Below are positions 41,140 through 53,466 of a stretch of 64,000 nt of DNA, piece after piece; position 1 is the first letter of the stretch; the number at the start of each line of letters is the position of its first letter. Below the pieces are notes generated by a model. The model did no database searches and had not been told where the DNA came from. It saw only the letters and a program-made list of their open reading frames with translations. Origin of the DNA: Octopus sinensis. Its lineage: Eukaryota. The stretch is from positions 57,722,001-57,786,000 of the forward strand of contig NC_043003.1 of assembly GCF_006345805.1 (NCBI RefSeq), in the 5' to 3' direction. Both the position numbers and the translations under genes were made by a program.

Positions 41140-41561
41140 ATTGTTTCATTCGGTCCTTTGACCGCGGCCATGCTGGAGCACCACCTATTCGTTGAACAAA
41201 ATCAATCCCGGGACTTATTCTTTTGTAAGCCTAGTACTTGGTTCTGTCGGTCTCTTTTGCCAAACTGCTAAGTCGCGAGGATGTAAACACACCAACATGG
41301 ATTGTCAAGTGATTGTGGGGACACAAGCACAGACACACATAAACATATGCATACATATATACATACATACATGTATAGAGAGAGATATGTGTGTGTTACA
41401 ATGGATGTCTTTCAGTTTCCATCTGCCAAATCCACTCGCAGGCTTTTGGTCAGCCTGTGGTTATAGTAGAAGACACTTACTCAAAGTGTCATACAGTGGA
41501 ACTGAACCGAGAACCATGTGGTTGGGAAGCAAGCTTCTTTCCACACGCCATGCCTGCACCT
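41140..41561 (-). mobile_element. SINE family A, full length
   Basis: Reverse complement of head and tail. Confidence 0.88.
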
Positions 41562-41625
41562 ATATATATATATATATATAATATATATATTAAATATATA
41601 TATATATATCATATATCATATATCA

Positions 41626-41661
<36 letters not shown>

Positions 41662-41789
41662 TGGATAGATAGATAGATAGACACACACATACACATGCAG
41701 ATAGATAGATAGATAGATAGATAGATGTCTATCTAATTTTCTATCTCTTCCTATCTCTATTTATCTTTTAATCTATATATAGTTCTATT

Positions 41790-41830
<41 letters not shown>

Positions 41831-42006
41831 ATGTATTTATGGCAGCCTACCTACCTCCCTACTTATCAAGAGATCCGAAAAGGACAAGAAAATTGGCGAA
41901 TAGAAGACATAGCAGGGAGATGATGAGAAAGTTTTGATTCTGGATTCACTTTATCTATGGCAGATAAGTATATTTGTTGATAGCTATGTTTTCTTGTGGA
42001 ATATAT

Positions 42007-42270
42007 CTCATACAGCTAATGGCTCCGGTTCCCTCCCGTGACAATAACATCAAGGCTCAAACTCAGAGGAATGACTAGTACAAACATCTCCTTGAAGAAT
42101 GTGAGGATGCTGTTTGGAAGGCGGCAGGCTATCTGATTGAAGTTTGGTTGTAGAAGGTTTCTAGGGAGTGGTTTGAGGCTCTGGTTATTGTCACAAGGCT
42201 GGACACATTATAAAATAAGTACCATCATGGACAATATCCAAGCCACTGTTGAAAAAGCAAACTGGTAAAC
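42007..42270 (+). mobile_element. Decayed HERO/NeSL-like (RLE-type) non-LTR retrotransposon C-terminus
   Basis: Frameshifted translation DNNIKAQTQR..YKHLLEECEDAVWKAAGYLIEV/GCRRFLGSGLRLWL..IQATVEKA matches the recalled RLE tail motif (YxxLxEEC..W....PIEVGCRGF). Confidence 0.6.
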
Positions 42271-42369
42271 CTGCTAGATTTTGCTACAAAGAGATGATAA
42301 GTGCCTAGCAACAAACAGCAGAGGAAATATTAGCAGTGGCTGTGGTTGTTTAGTGGCATGTTGTGTTAG

Positions 42370-42655
42370 GGTTGGCCTGGGTTTCCAACAGTTATGTAAA
42401 CGAGTGTTCCAGTTGATTCAGTCAACAGAACAGCCTGCTTGTGAAATTAATGTGCAAGTGGCTGAACACTGCACAGATATGCATACGCTTAACATAGTTT
42501 TCAGGGAGATTCAACATGACATGGAATGTGACAAGGCTGGACCTTTGAAATACAGGTAAACTCATTTTTGCCAGCTGGGTGGACTTGAGTAACATAAAAT
42601 AAAGTATCTTGCTCAAGGATATGACACACTGCCAGGAATCATACTTGTGGCTAAA
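42370..42655 (-). mobile_element. SINE family D (tRNA head, Meta-like domain)
   Basis: Reverse complement of TCCTTGAGCAAGATACTTTATT..CAGCTGGCAAAAATGAGT..TTTCAAAGG. Confidence 0.7.
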
Positions 42656-42666
42656 TACCTTTAGAT

Positions 42667-42885
42667 CAGTGGTTTTCAACCAGGGTTCCGCGGAACCTTA
42701 GGATTCCGCCAGTACAGTCCAGGGGTTCTGCAAGAAGTTACAAAAATTCTAAAATCGACAGTAATTTTTAATTCTCCTGTGCAGATATGTGTGCATAAGA
42801 CAATTAAATTTTTGCACAGGGGTTCCTAGAGCCAGTGAAATGTTTTCTTGGGGTTCTGCTCCAGCAAAAAGGTTGAAAAGCACTG
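42667..42885 (+). mobile_element. hAT (Charlie-like) MITE, complete
   Basis: 15-bp TIRs CAGTGGTTTTCAACC / GGTTGAAAAGCACTG (14/15) and an 8-bp TSD CTTTAGAT/CCTTAGAT. Confidence 0.92.
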
Positions 42886-43111
42886 CCTTAGATTATGGTT
42901 ATCAGTGGTTTTACTGCTGTGTTGGCAAAGGTAGGGGTGGTGTAGGGATATGTAATGAAGTGGTGGCTTATAAAGCTACTTGACCTTTTACAGGCTCAAG
43001 AGAACAACTGAAGTAAAAGTAACCACCAATATATGTGAATGACATAGGAGCCTTTAAGTGGTAGAAATAACAACCAAATCTTCCTCAAACCATACATTTA
43101 TACCGGCTTAA

Positions 43112-43408
43112 CTCTTTAGCATTTAAACAGGCCATAACAGACCTGATATTCTAGCTGTTTTATGTTAAGACTGATCAGAACTGGCCTATCATTTAGTAAA
43201 ATAATTTGGTTATCATTAGGTTAGTGCTAAGAACATAAACTGAGACTAAAGTTTGGTGGAAGGTTTTAATGCAAAACTTATGGAAGCAAGACATTTGTAT
43301 TACAGAGTCAGAGCCAGTTTCAGCTGGGTTGGTAAACGAAAGGGTTAATTCAAAGTAATGTGAATGAATAAACATTGCATTCCACAGAGTTGTCTGAATG
43401 CCAAAGGG
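43112..43408 (-). mobile_element. piggyBac-like MITE with a nested fragment of the second family
   Basis: TTAA|CTCTTTAGCATT..AATGCCAAAGGG|TTAA, with an internal second terminus GAAAGGGTTAA at about 43339-43349. Confidence 0.75.
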
Positions 43409-43844
43409 TTAAAGGACAGATGGATTACTGACATAACTAGACAAGACTGGAACCTTTTCTATCAAGGGTCTGCTTGGACAAGTGCGACCTGTAAAAGTTT
43501 TGAAGGGAGTAAGGAAAGGGGACAGCAGTGAAGTAGTTGGACACAACTGCCCCTACTTAACTCCCGTTAATTGTGTTGTAACAATACTGTTAGTTAGAGC
43601 ATCACATGTGTAATAGAGTGAGTTGAAAAACTTCCCATTGCTGGCATTATCTATGCATTCAGTAGCTAAAATCTTCCTCTAGCAGTATTCCTGGGAAAGA
43701 ACAAATCAAGAAAAATGCTCAAGAATGTTATTGCATATTGCTGAGTATTGTGGAAATTTAGGATTGTTGACTTAGTTAAAAAAGATTTTTCTATCTGTAT
43801 GTCTCTCCTCCTCCACCTCTCTCTCTCTCCTCCCCCTCTCTATT

Positions 43845-43986
43845 TGTGGTAAGAAGCTTGCTTTCCAAACACATGATTCTGGGTTCAGTCCTACTATGTG
43901 GCACCTTGGACAGGTGCCTTATGCTATAGCCTCAGGCTGACCAAAGCCTTGTAAGTGTATTTGGTAAACAGAAACTAAGAGAAGCC

Positions 43987-44035
<49 letters not shown>

Positions 44036-44036
44036 T

Positions 44037-44067
<31 letters not shown>

Positions 44068-44250
44068 TTGTGTATCAGTGTTTATTCCCCCCACCATCGC
44101 TTGACAACTGGATGTTGGTGTGTTTATGACCCTGTAAATTAGCAGTTCGGCAAAAGAGACTGATAGAATAAGTCCTGGGGTCGATTTGTTCGACTAAAGG
44201 TGGTGCTCCAGCATGGCTACTGTGAAATGACTGAAACAAAAGAAAAAAGA
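43845..44250 (+). mobile_element. SINE family A
   Basis: Head, long internal (TA)(TG) tract and tail. Confidence 0.85.
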
Positions 44251-45107
44251 TATATGTATACACACACACACACACACACACACACAATACATATATACGT
44301 CTTTCTTTCTCTATCTGTGTGTATGTCTTTCTCTCTGTCTCATTCTGATTCTCTCTCTCAGTAGATCTCTCTGTCTCTTTCTGTCCGCCTCCCCCACCTA
44401 ACTTCTCTCTTTCTCTCTCTCCCCTGCCACTCCTCTTATGTCAGTCTGATTGTCTTCTAGCATAAGGTGGAGAGATGTCTCCCCCCACCCACACACACAC
44501 ATAACTCCACCCCCTGTTCTTCTTTCAGTCTTTACACTCTATATCTCAAACATACCCCTCTTCTCCTCATCACTAAATACCATCAAAATTTCACCCACTC
44601 CTTCTACCACCACCACCACCACCACCACCACACCCCTACATTTTGCCAGCATGACACCCCTAACAAATTTTCTCTGTCTCTCTCTCTCTCTCTCTTCTTC
44701 ACCTTTATCCTCTCTCTTTAGCCATTTGATTTTTCTTTCAAATTAATGAGAATATTTTTTTCTTGGTATTTTTATGGCCTCCAATGTTTTTATTGTTGTC
44801 TTAAGGGACCATCAATTTCATTTTAAGGCCTTTTATTAATGTTTGGTGTCAATAATTTACAGGGTGTAGTGAGGTCCTCTGACCCCAATTTTATAGATGG
44901 GGGTTACCAGTGGTGAGCTAGTGATGGGGGTCATTCATGTCTTATTTCAAACCAATAAAATCATTGTTTATTAAAACTTTGATTTATTTCTATTGATCTA
45001 CTCAACTAGGTGTGTGTATGTGGATGTGTATATGTGTGTTAGTATGTGCATGCGTGTGTATGAGTATGCATATGTGTGTATGTTAGTGCATGTGTGTGTG
45101 TGTGTGA

Positions 45108-45200
45108 TCATCATCATCATCATTGTTTAACATCCGTTTTCCATGCTGGCATGAGTTGGACGGTTTGACTGGGGATTGGCAAGCCAGGAGGCCGCACCAA
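45108..45200 (-). mobile_element. Family B retroposon 3' end
   Basis: (ATC)n..TTTCCATGCTGGCATGAGTTGGACGGTTTGACTG. Confidence 0.8.
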
Positions 45201-45324
45201 GCCCCTCCCCCAAAATTTCGGAACTTGTGCCTAAAGTAGAAAAGATCATTATTATTTTCTGGCGTTAGCATGCTCAATTTGTCCCCTCCTCTGAAATTGC
45301 TGGTGTTGTGCCAAAATTTGAAAC

Positions 45325-45543
45325 CAAAGGAAAGCGAGCTGGCAGAATTGTTACCATGCTGGGCAAAATGCTTAGCAGCATTTCATCTGTTTTTACATTC
45401 TGAGTTCAAATTCTGCTGAGGTCTCAACTTTGCTTTTCATTATTTCAGGGTCGATAGAATAATTATCAGTTGAACACTGGGGTCAGTGTAATTGATTAGC
45501 CCCTCCCACCAAAATTTCAGGCCCTGTGCTGATAGAATAAAGG

Positions 45544-45596
<53 letters not shown>

Positions 45597-45715
45597 GGCA
45601 GCAAGCTGGCAGAATCTTTAGCATGCTGGATGAAATGCTTAGTGGTATTTCGCCCGCCGCTACGTTCTCAGTTCAAATTTCACTGAGGTCAACTTTATCT
45701 TTGATTCTTTCGGGA
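45325..45715 (+). mobile_element. Two tandem SINE family C copies separated by an (ATT)n tail
   Basis: GAGCTGGCAGAA heads at about 45335 and 45602, with (ATT)n at 45545-45595. Confidence 0.85.
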
Positions 45716-46049
45716 TGAAGAGAGAAGGGAGACAGTAAGACAAATATTAATATGTCTGATGTAAAAAAAGTCAGCATCGCTTCAATAGCACCAGATAGGC
45801 TACGACAAAATGGCTATGCCTAAATGTCTCATATCTGGCAGTGAATTACTTGCCTGACTGTTATGTCTTGTCCCAGGAGATATCTAAACAGATTGGAGCC
45901 TGGTGCAGCCTCCTGGCTTGCCAGTCCTCAATCAAACCGTCCAACCCATGCCAGCATAGAAATTGGACAGTAAACAACGATGATGATGATGATGAAGGAT
46001 AGATAGATAGACAGACAGATCTCTGAACACCCAACTAAATATCTATCCA

Positions 46050-46146
46050 TCTATTGCTTCATTCTATCTATCCTCCTATATATCTATCTATCCATCCATC
46101 CATCCATCTGCCTGCCTGTCCATTCATCTATCTATCTATCCATCTG

Positions 46147-46181
<35 letters not shown>

Positions 46182-46199
46182 CTATCTATCTATCTATCC

Positions 46200-46230
<31 letters not shown>

Positions 46231-46288
46231 CATCTATCTATCTATCTATCCATCCATCCATCCATCTGCCTGCCTGTCCATCCGTCTG

Positions 46289-46342
<54 letters not shown>

Positions 46343-46437
46343 CATCCATCCATCCATCCATCCATCCATCCATCCATCCATCCATCCATCCATCCATCCA
46401 TCCATCCATCCATCCATCTATCTATCTATCCATCTAA

Positions 46438-46486
<49 letters not shown>

Positions 46487-46540
46487 CATCCATCCATCCA
46501 TCTGCCTGCCTGTCCATCCATCTATCTATCTATCCATCTG

Positions 46541-46639
<99 letters not shown>

Positions 46640-46640
46640 C
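46050..46640. repeat. (CTAT)/(CCAT)n array with higher-order units
   Basis: The interruption CCATCTGCCTGCCTGTCCAT occurs three times (about 46100, 46265 and 46500). Confidence 0.9.
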
Positions 46641-47249
46641 AGTTTGCTCCATGATATCTAACTTATTGATAATGTTCTCTTGAAATAATATAAATAAAAT
46701 AAAAATTTTAAGAATTTTTTTTTGTTTTTGTACTGGTTTCTCTTTGTTTTTATAGTAATTTAAAGAAGGCAAAAAAAACAAAAAAACACATCATTCATGT
46801 TCTTATTCTTTTCCGTTCATTACGAATTGTTAATTTAGTGAATTTTATCTCCTTAATTATGATAAGACTTATTTTAAAATTGTCTCATTTGAAATTACTG
46901 CATGATGCGTGTATGTGTATCGCATTTGTGTTGTGTGTGTGTGTGTGTGTATGTGTGTGATATAGAATTCCAATTTTTCCTCTCTGTCATCACTAATTAA
47001 AAACTTATTTGACAAATTTACGTTTTTTTTTTATTTGAGGCAATTATGTCTTTGGATTTTTTTTAAATATTTTCTTTTAGTAACTGTTTCCTTTTCTTTC
47101 TTCCTCTCTTTCTTTCCTGTCTCAGAATATTTTAAAGTAAACTTTTCTCTGTGTGTGTATTGTCTTCTGTATCTTTTGACATATAAGATGGCTATTATTT
47201 TGGAACTATTTGACATAATGTTTTAACAGGTTTATTCATTTATTCACAA

Positions 47250-47480
47250 TTGTTATTATTATTATTATTATTATCATTATTATTATTATCATTATTATTA
47301 TTGAGTGAGGGAGCAGTGCACACCATCAAAGTGACACTGGGATACAAATATACGAAGCCTAGTATACCCATCATGACTACCCATCTGATAAGGGTACACC
47401 AAGCTCATGCATCACAACCATTTGTGTGTGACATAGTGATCTCATATCAAGAGTAGCAGCGCATGACCTTGCAGGTGGGA
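47250..47480 (-). mobile_element. 3' end of an (AAT)n-tailed retroposon
   Basis: Complex sequence ending ..CACTGCTCCCTCACTC(AAT)n on the minus strand. I recall it as a common octopus repeat. Confidence 0.55.
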
Positions 47481-47489
47481 CCTGCATAT

Positions 47490-47892
47490 GGTGTGTTAAC
47501 TGTCATGCATGTTCCTTTTTTTTCACCACAACAATGTCTGGTCTCCAATGTTTGGTCAGGTAATCACACTGAATCATTGCATCCCACAGGATTTTGCAAT
47601 TTTCATTCTCAGTAATTCTTTCTGGCATCTTTGCTCTTTGTAGGCTGTGATTTCCACAAGAGCTCTCAATGGATCATTCTTGTCACATTATCATGTTGTC
47701 CTTTGTATTCACATTGTACCAATTTCGGCCATTCACTAATGATGTGCCATGCCGTTTCACCCCTATTGCCACACATTTGTCGCTCTTAATAGTGTTGTTG
47801 ATTCTGCACTTCACATAGTTAGTCCTTAATGCTTGTTCTTGAGCTGCACATATAAGTGCTTCTGTCTCTATCTTCAGGTCGCTCTTCCTCAT
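47490..47892 (-). mobile_element. Decayed R4/Dong-clade non-LTR retrotransposon fragment (CCHC knuckle + restriction-like endonuclease)
   Basis: Frameshifted translation ETEALICAAQEQALRTNYVK..KC/CGNRGETAWHIISE..EYK..HDNV..IH*EL/ENENCKILWDAMIQCD..RPDIVVV. Confidence 0.85.
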
Positions 47893-47964
47893 CTATGACC
47901 TGTGGTCTTCTGTCTCTATCTTGGTGCTCGTGTCTCTTGCAATATTATTTTTATTAATTTGGTG

Positions 47965-48450
47965 AGCTAGGAGCATCATTCGTCTGTGTCTACATTCTGA
48001 GTTCAAATTCTACCAAGGTTAACTTTGTCTTTCATTCTTTCAGGGTCAAGAAATTAAGTACTACTGTAACACTGGGGTTGATGTAATCAACTAGTCCCCT
48101 CTCCCAAAATTTCAAGCCTTGTGCCTTTAGCAGAAAGGATTATTATCATTATTATTATTATTATTATTATTATTAATTTTATTATTATCATCATCATCAT
48201 TATAGTGATGGGCCAATCAATGGAATCGTTAGAGCATTGAAAAACTGAAAATGCCTTGCAGCAATTCTTCTTGCAGCACTTGGCATTTCATCCTTCTTCT
48301 CAGTTCAATTCAGTTCCACCAAGGTTGACTTTGCCATTTATGTTTTTGTGGGTCTATGAAATAAGCACCAGCTGAGCACTGGGGATAATGTTACTTACTG
48401 GCTTGCACCCTCCCCTGAAATTGCTGTTCCTTGTGCCAAAATTTGAAAGC
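47965..48450 (+). mobile_element. Two tandem SINE family C copies separated by (ATT)n
   Basis: TTCTGAGTTCAAATT..TTTCATTC..GGGGT modules, with (ATT)n at 48140-48200 and 48455-48530. Confidence 0.8.
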
Positions 48451-48493
48451 ATTAATCATTATTATTATAATAATAATAATAATAATAGTAATA

Positions 48494-48532
<39 letters not shown>

Positions 48533-48656
48533 CACACAACAGATTAGCCTGTTGGAAAAGAAAAATTCCTAACATCAGGCAACAAGTAAACTTAGATGCC
48601 AAGAACCCTCCTTAGTATCCTTGCTGTCCTTAAGACCACTGTTTTCTGGAGCTGTG

Positions 48657-48694
<38 letters not shown>

Positions 48695-49257
48695 CCACCA
48701 TCACCACCACCACCACCACCACCATCATCAACAAGTCTCTCTTCCTCTTCTTTAGTTCCTTCATTGATTTTTCAGATTATTTAAAAATCAATTTGCATTA
48801 GAAGCCCTCTACGACCTCGAAATCTCTTTAAAGCTGAAAATCCTCCAAGACCTCAATTTATTGGTGTTTGAGTTAATGTTTGTGTCATACCCTAGTTTCT
48901 TTGTCTTGCACTAACTAATGAAACTGTTCACACAACACGAGAGACACAGAGCTAGTGTGTGAGTCTGTGTGTGTGTGTAAGACCATGCATGTGTGTGTGT
49001 ATATATGGGTATGCACGCACAAGCCATTGATGTGGAGCTTGAGTTCAACTCAAACCAAACAAATCTGTGATCAAAGATATTTCAATCCTAACCATTCTGT
49101 CTTTATTCAGACACAGGTTATCTTTAGCCCAATGACAGTGAAAGCCTTTTTTCATGCAGTTTATAAAAATTTCAATTTCTTTAATAGTCTTGCTTTTTTG
49201 GATTTCATATATACAAACACATATTTTATGGTTTTATGTAAAGATGGGTAAATGGTT

Positions 49258-49450
49258 TTGTCACCATCATTAAATGTCCACTTTTCCATGCTTGCTTGCT
49301 TTGGACAGAATTTTTCAAGAGGATTTTGTATGACTGGATGCCCTTCATGTTGCCAACCTTTATCTGCTTCCAAACAAGCTAATATTTTCTCTTAGCAACC
49401 ATGTTTTCCACACGAAACTGGAAACTAACACCCTCATTCATATGATGAAG
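49258..49450 (-). mobile_element. Family B-related retroposon 3' part
   Basis: TTAAATGTCCACTTTTCCATGCTTG..CTGGATGCCCTTC. Confidence 0.7.
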
Positions 49451-49514
49451 CTAATTTACAACTGACACATTATGTCTAATAATAGTCAAATGAATTGGCT
49501 CCTGTACTTTTATT

Positions 49515-49780
49515 GTTTTTCAAGCCTGGTACTTACTCTATCGGTTTCTTTTGATGAACCACTAAGTTACAGCAAACGTAAACACACCAAAGCCAAATGT
49601 CAAATGTTGATAAGGTGAAACACAGGCACGAAGACACGCATGTTAACACACACACATGCATTCGCACACATACACACGCGACTGGTTTCTGTTTTGGGCC
49701 ATAGTGGAAGACACTTGCTGAAGGTGCAACACAGTGAGACTGAACCCTGAACCATGTGGTTGGGAGGCAAACACCTTGCA
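49515..49780 (-). mobile_element. SINE family A, diverged and internally deleted
   Basis: AAGCCTGGTACTTACTCTATCGG..GAAGACACTTG..GACTGAACCC..AACCATGTGGTTGGGA. Confidence 0.75.
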
Positions 49781-50202
49781 CACACACACACACACACACA
49801 CTTTCCCAAATATACACACAATATATTAACTCCACCAACCAGTGTAGTTATAGAGTGTGTGCCTTCGGGGGGGTGTTGGCCCTTCTGTTTGCCCCCCCCC
49901 CCAAAAAAAAACACATATTGCTTACAGCAGACCCAAAAGTGCTGCCCAGGGCGAACCAGCCCTGTCCCCACCCCCCAGCTACGCTAGTGACCCACCCTTC
50001 CATCTCCGGTGCCATAGTTTGGTATTGAACCCCTCGACATGCCTACCCTGTGTTCTCTCTCTCTCTCTCTCTCTCCACACACACACACACACCAATTAAA
50101 TTATAGATGACATTTCACAAACAAACCTCAACACCTTTCTGATAACGATGTCGATAGATATATCTTTATTGATGTCATTAAAAATTTTTGCTGTTTTCGA
50201 TC

Positions 50203-50236
<34 letters not shown>

Positions 50237-50697
50237 CGTCTTTAGCGGTGTCAATTTCGTTATTGTTGCTGGCCGTCATTAATGTCATTAGCGATATTTT
50301 TGTTATTGTTGTCATTTAGGGTGAGGTGAATATATAAACAGCATTAATTAAATATATAATAAACATGAGCATCATTTAAAGCCACTGCACCCCCCCTCCC
50401 CACTTTCCATGCCAGACACCACCACCACCCTCTCGCTCCCTCCCCCCATGGCATTTCCCCCCCCCTTTACTTTTTCTTGGCTTTCTGTGTATTTTCTCTC
50501 CTTGAACATGTTTCTTTGTCTATTCCTATTCTTTCTCTCTCTCTCTTTCTGTACATCAACTATTGTACATCCTGGCTTTCCACATTTCTTACTCTTTCTT
50601 TTATATATACATATGTATATGTATTTATATATAGGTATGTAAATGTATGTATGTATATGTGTATATTATTATATATTATATATATATATATACACAC

Positions 50698-50732
<35 letters not shown>

Positions 50733-50978
50733 ACACAACACATGTATATATATATATACACACATATGTGTGGTATATATATATATGTGTGTATATATAT
50801 ATATATATACACATATGTATATGTATATATATATATATATATACACACATATGTATATATACACATGTATACACACACGCACAACACACATTTGTATATG
50901 TATATATATATATATACACACACATATGTATATGTATATATATACACATGTATACCCACACACACACACACACATTGT

Positions 50979-51018
<40 letters not shown>

Positions 51019-52329
51019 ATATATTATATACACACACACTCCTCTCTCAATTCCTGCTTCCAATCAATGACCACAGAACCTATTGGTTGGTGATTAGTAT
51101 AAAATGACATTGATAATGATGCTGATGATGGCGGATGATGTTGACCTCATTTCTCTGTGGGACTTGGTGTTGTTATTAGATTGAGAATAATTAATTAGTT
51201 GGGGCAAGTGGTGGTGATAGCTGTGATGATGATGATGATGATGATAATGGTGACGCCGCCGATGGTGCCTGTGGTGTTGGTGTTGGTGTTGGTGGTGGTG
51301 GCGGTGGTGGTGGTGTGCCTGTGGTGGTGGTGGTGGTGTTGGTGTTTGGTGGTAGTGGTGGTGGGTGCTATTCTTGTCTTGCCCTAGAAACAAAGACTTG
51401 TGTATCAGGTGGAAGTGTGATGTGGAAAAAAAAAAAAAAAACCAATCGATACTCATACCACCACTGCCACCCCACCACCACCAACCACCGCCACCACCTC
51501 TGTGAGCACCGCATACAAGCTCAAAGACATTACACGCAGACAAACACACACACACACACACACACATACACATGTTTCCATATGCGCACATACATGAGCA
51601 TAAATAAAACACGCACACGACATTCTGTTGTAGCCATCGTCCCTTGATTTAAGTAATTATCATTTTCATCATCATCATCATCATTTCTGTCATCACCACC
51701 ACTATCAGCATCAGCAGCATCATAATCATTGTTATCATCACTATTATCAACATCACTAACACCATCATCGTCACCACTATCATCATCATAATCATCATCA
51801 TCAGTTATCGCCACCACTGTCACCATCATCATCATCATCATCATCACCATCACTAACATCATCTGTAGCTAACAATTTACATTTCAGTTTTTATATATGT
51901 GTGTGTTTGTGTGTGTACGTGTGTGTGTGTGTGTGTGTATACATATATGTGTGTATATGTGTATGCATGCATGTGTGTATATGGTTGTGCGTGTATGTGT
52001 GTATCTAAGATTCTGTATGTGTGTATATATACATATATATATGTATATGTATGTGTGTGTGTATGTATATGTGTGTGTATGTATATGTGCACTTGCAGTG
52101 TGCACAAGCACTGCACTAGCACACATTATCATACAAACACCAAACCTAATTAATATTAGAGTACGCAGCATTTGTGGATAATCTAAGATTATTTTTCAAT
52201 AAAAATGAAAATTGAATGTTTATCAAAAAAATACACTTTACGTTGCATTTCAGATTAAACACATAAAAACACACACACACACACCTACATTTATACATAT
52301 TTACTTACATACATATATATATATATATT

Positions 52330-52660
52330 CATACATTCATAAATATATATATTCATACATAAACACACACAGACACACATATATATATATATATACACAC
52401 ATTACCAACCGCACGTACACATACATACAGACATACATACATAAATTCATACATTCATAAATATATACATTTGTACATAAACACACACAGACACACATAT
52501 ATACGTATATATACACATGTACACACACGCACGTACACATACATACAGACATACATACATAAATTCATACATTCATAAATATATACATTTGTACATAAAC
52601 ACACACAGACACACATATATATATATGTATATATACACATGTACACACACACACACACAC
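52330..52660. repeat. ~120-bp tandem repeat (about 2.7 units) built from CA/TA microsatellite
   Basis: CATTCATAAATATATA..CATAAACACACACAGACACACAT recurs three times. Confidence 0.85.
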
Positions 52661-52972
52661 ACATGCATTCACATATATATATACATATATGCATACATTT
52701 GCACAGAGGAAAACAGAGAGAGAAAGGTTCAGAGTTTTACCAATTTATAAAGATAATTTTTGGAGAAACTCTGAAGTAAAATGTCAACTTCTTTATAAAA
52801 AAATATTTGACCCTATTTCTTGTATTGTGTGCATTGTTTGAACTAATAACATTTATTGTTTTCATACAATTTAGAACACTTATCTTAATCTTTATACTGA
52901 AGTGTGTGCATGTGTGTGTGTGTGTGGTGTGTGTGTGTGTACATTTTATTTTTAGTCCCATTTATGTGGTTT

Positions 52973-53027
52973 GTGCCTGATGAATATGTTTGAGGTATTT
53001 CTCAACATCTGAAACTATTAGAAGCTC
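52973..53027 (+). ncRNA. Degenerate hammerhead-like motif
   Basis: GUGC-CUGAUGA-AU AUGUUUGAG GUAUUU CUCAACAU CU-GAAA-CUAUUAG-AA-GCUC. The core is intact, U16.1 is lost and stem I is weak. It lies about 95 nt upstream of (TA)n. Confidence 0.35.
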
Positions 53028-53116
53028 TTAAAAACATGTATTGTGTCTATTAAATAATAATTATCTCTCACCAGATGGCGTACTTTTTTGGTTGATGTTA
53101 CCATCATGAAACAGTA

Positions 53117-53147
<31 letters not shown>

Positions 53148-53152
<5 letters not shown>

Positions 53153-53366
53153 ATACAATATGTTACATGACTCGGTAGTCAAGATAAAACTCTGAGTTTC
53201 AGATGCCGAAGTGGAAATCCACAATCCCATCTCTTCGGTTATCTGGCTATTTGAAAACGTTTTCAAATACCAGATACCGAAGAGATGGTATTGTGGATTT
53301 CCACTTCGGCATCTGAACTCAGAGTTTTATCTTGACTACCGAGTAATGTAACATATTGTATAGATA
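53148..53366. repeat. Zero-spacer inverted duplication (fold-back), arms 111 and 108 nt
   Basis: Centre TTGAAAAC|GTTTTCAA (53258/53259). The arms differ by 2 substitutions and 3 single-base indels. Confidence 0.97.
53182..53244 (-). ncRNA. Non-canonical type I hammerhead-like ribozyme motif (mirror copy at about 53272-53332 on +, damaged)
   Basis: Stem I AGAUAA/UUAUCU; core CCGAAGA; stem II GAUG/CAUC plus inner GUGG/CCAC; U-GAAA; stem III ACU CAG AGU; triplet GUU. Confidence 0.55.
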
Positions 53367-53427
53367 AATTTCCTCTATTTACATAATATGAGGCCTCTTT
53401 CTTTCTTTTGTTATCTTACCGTTTTAT

Positions 53428-53462
<35 letters not shown>

Positions 53463-53466
<4 letters not shown>

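Noticed and set aside
52728-52775. 10-bp inverted repeat TTCAGAGTTT/AAACTCTGAA
   Set aside because: It is a short AT-rich stem with a long loop. The resemblance to stem III of the nearby ribozyme motif could not be extended.
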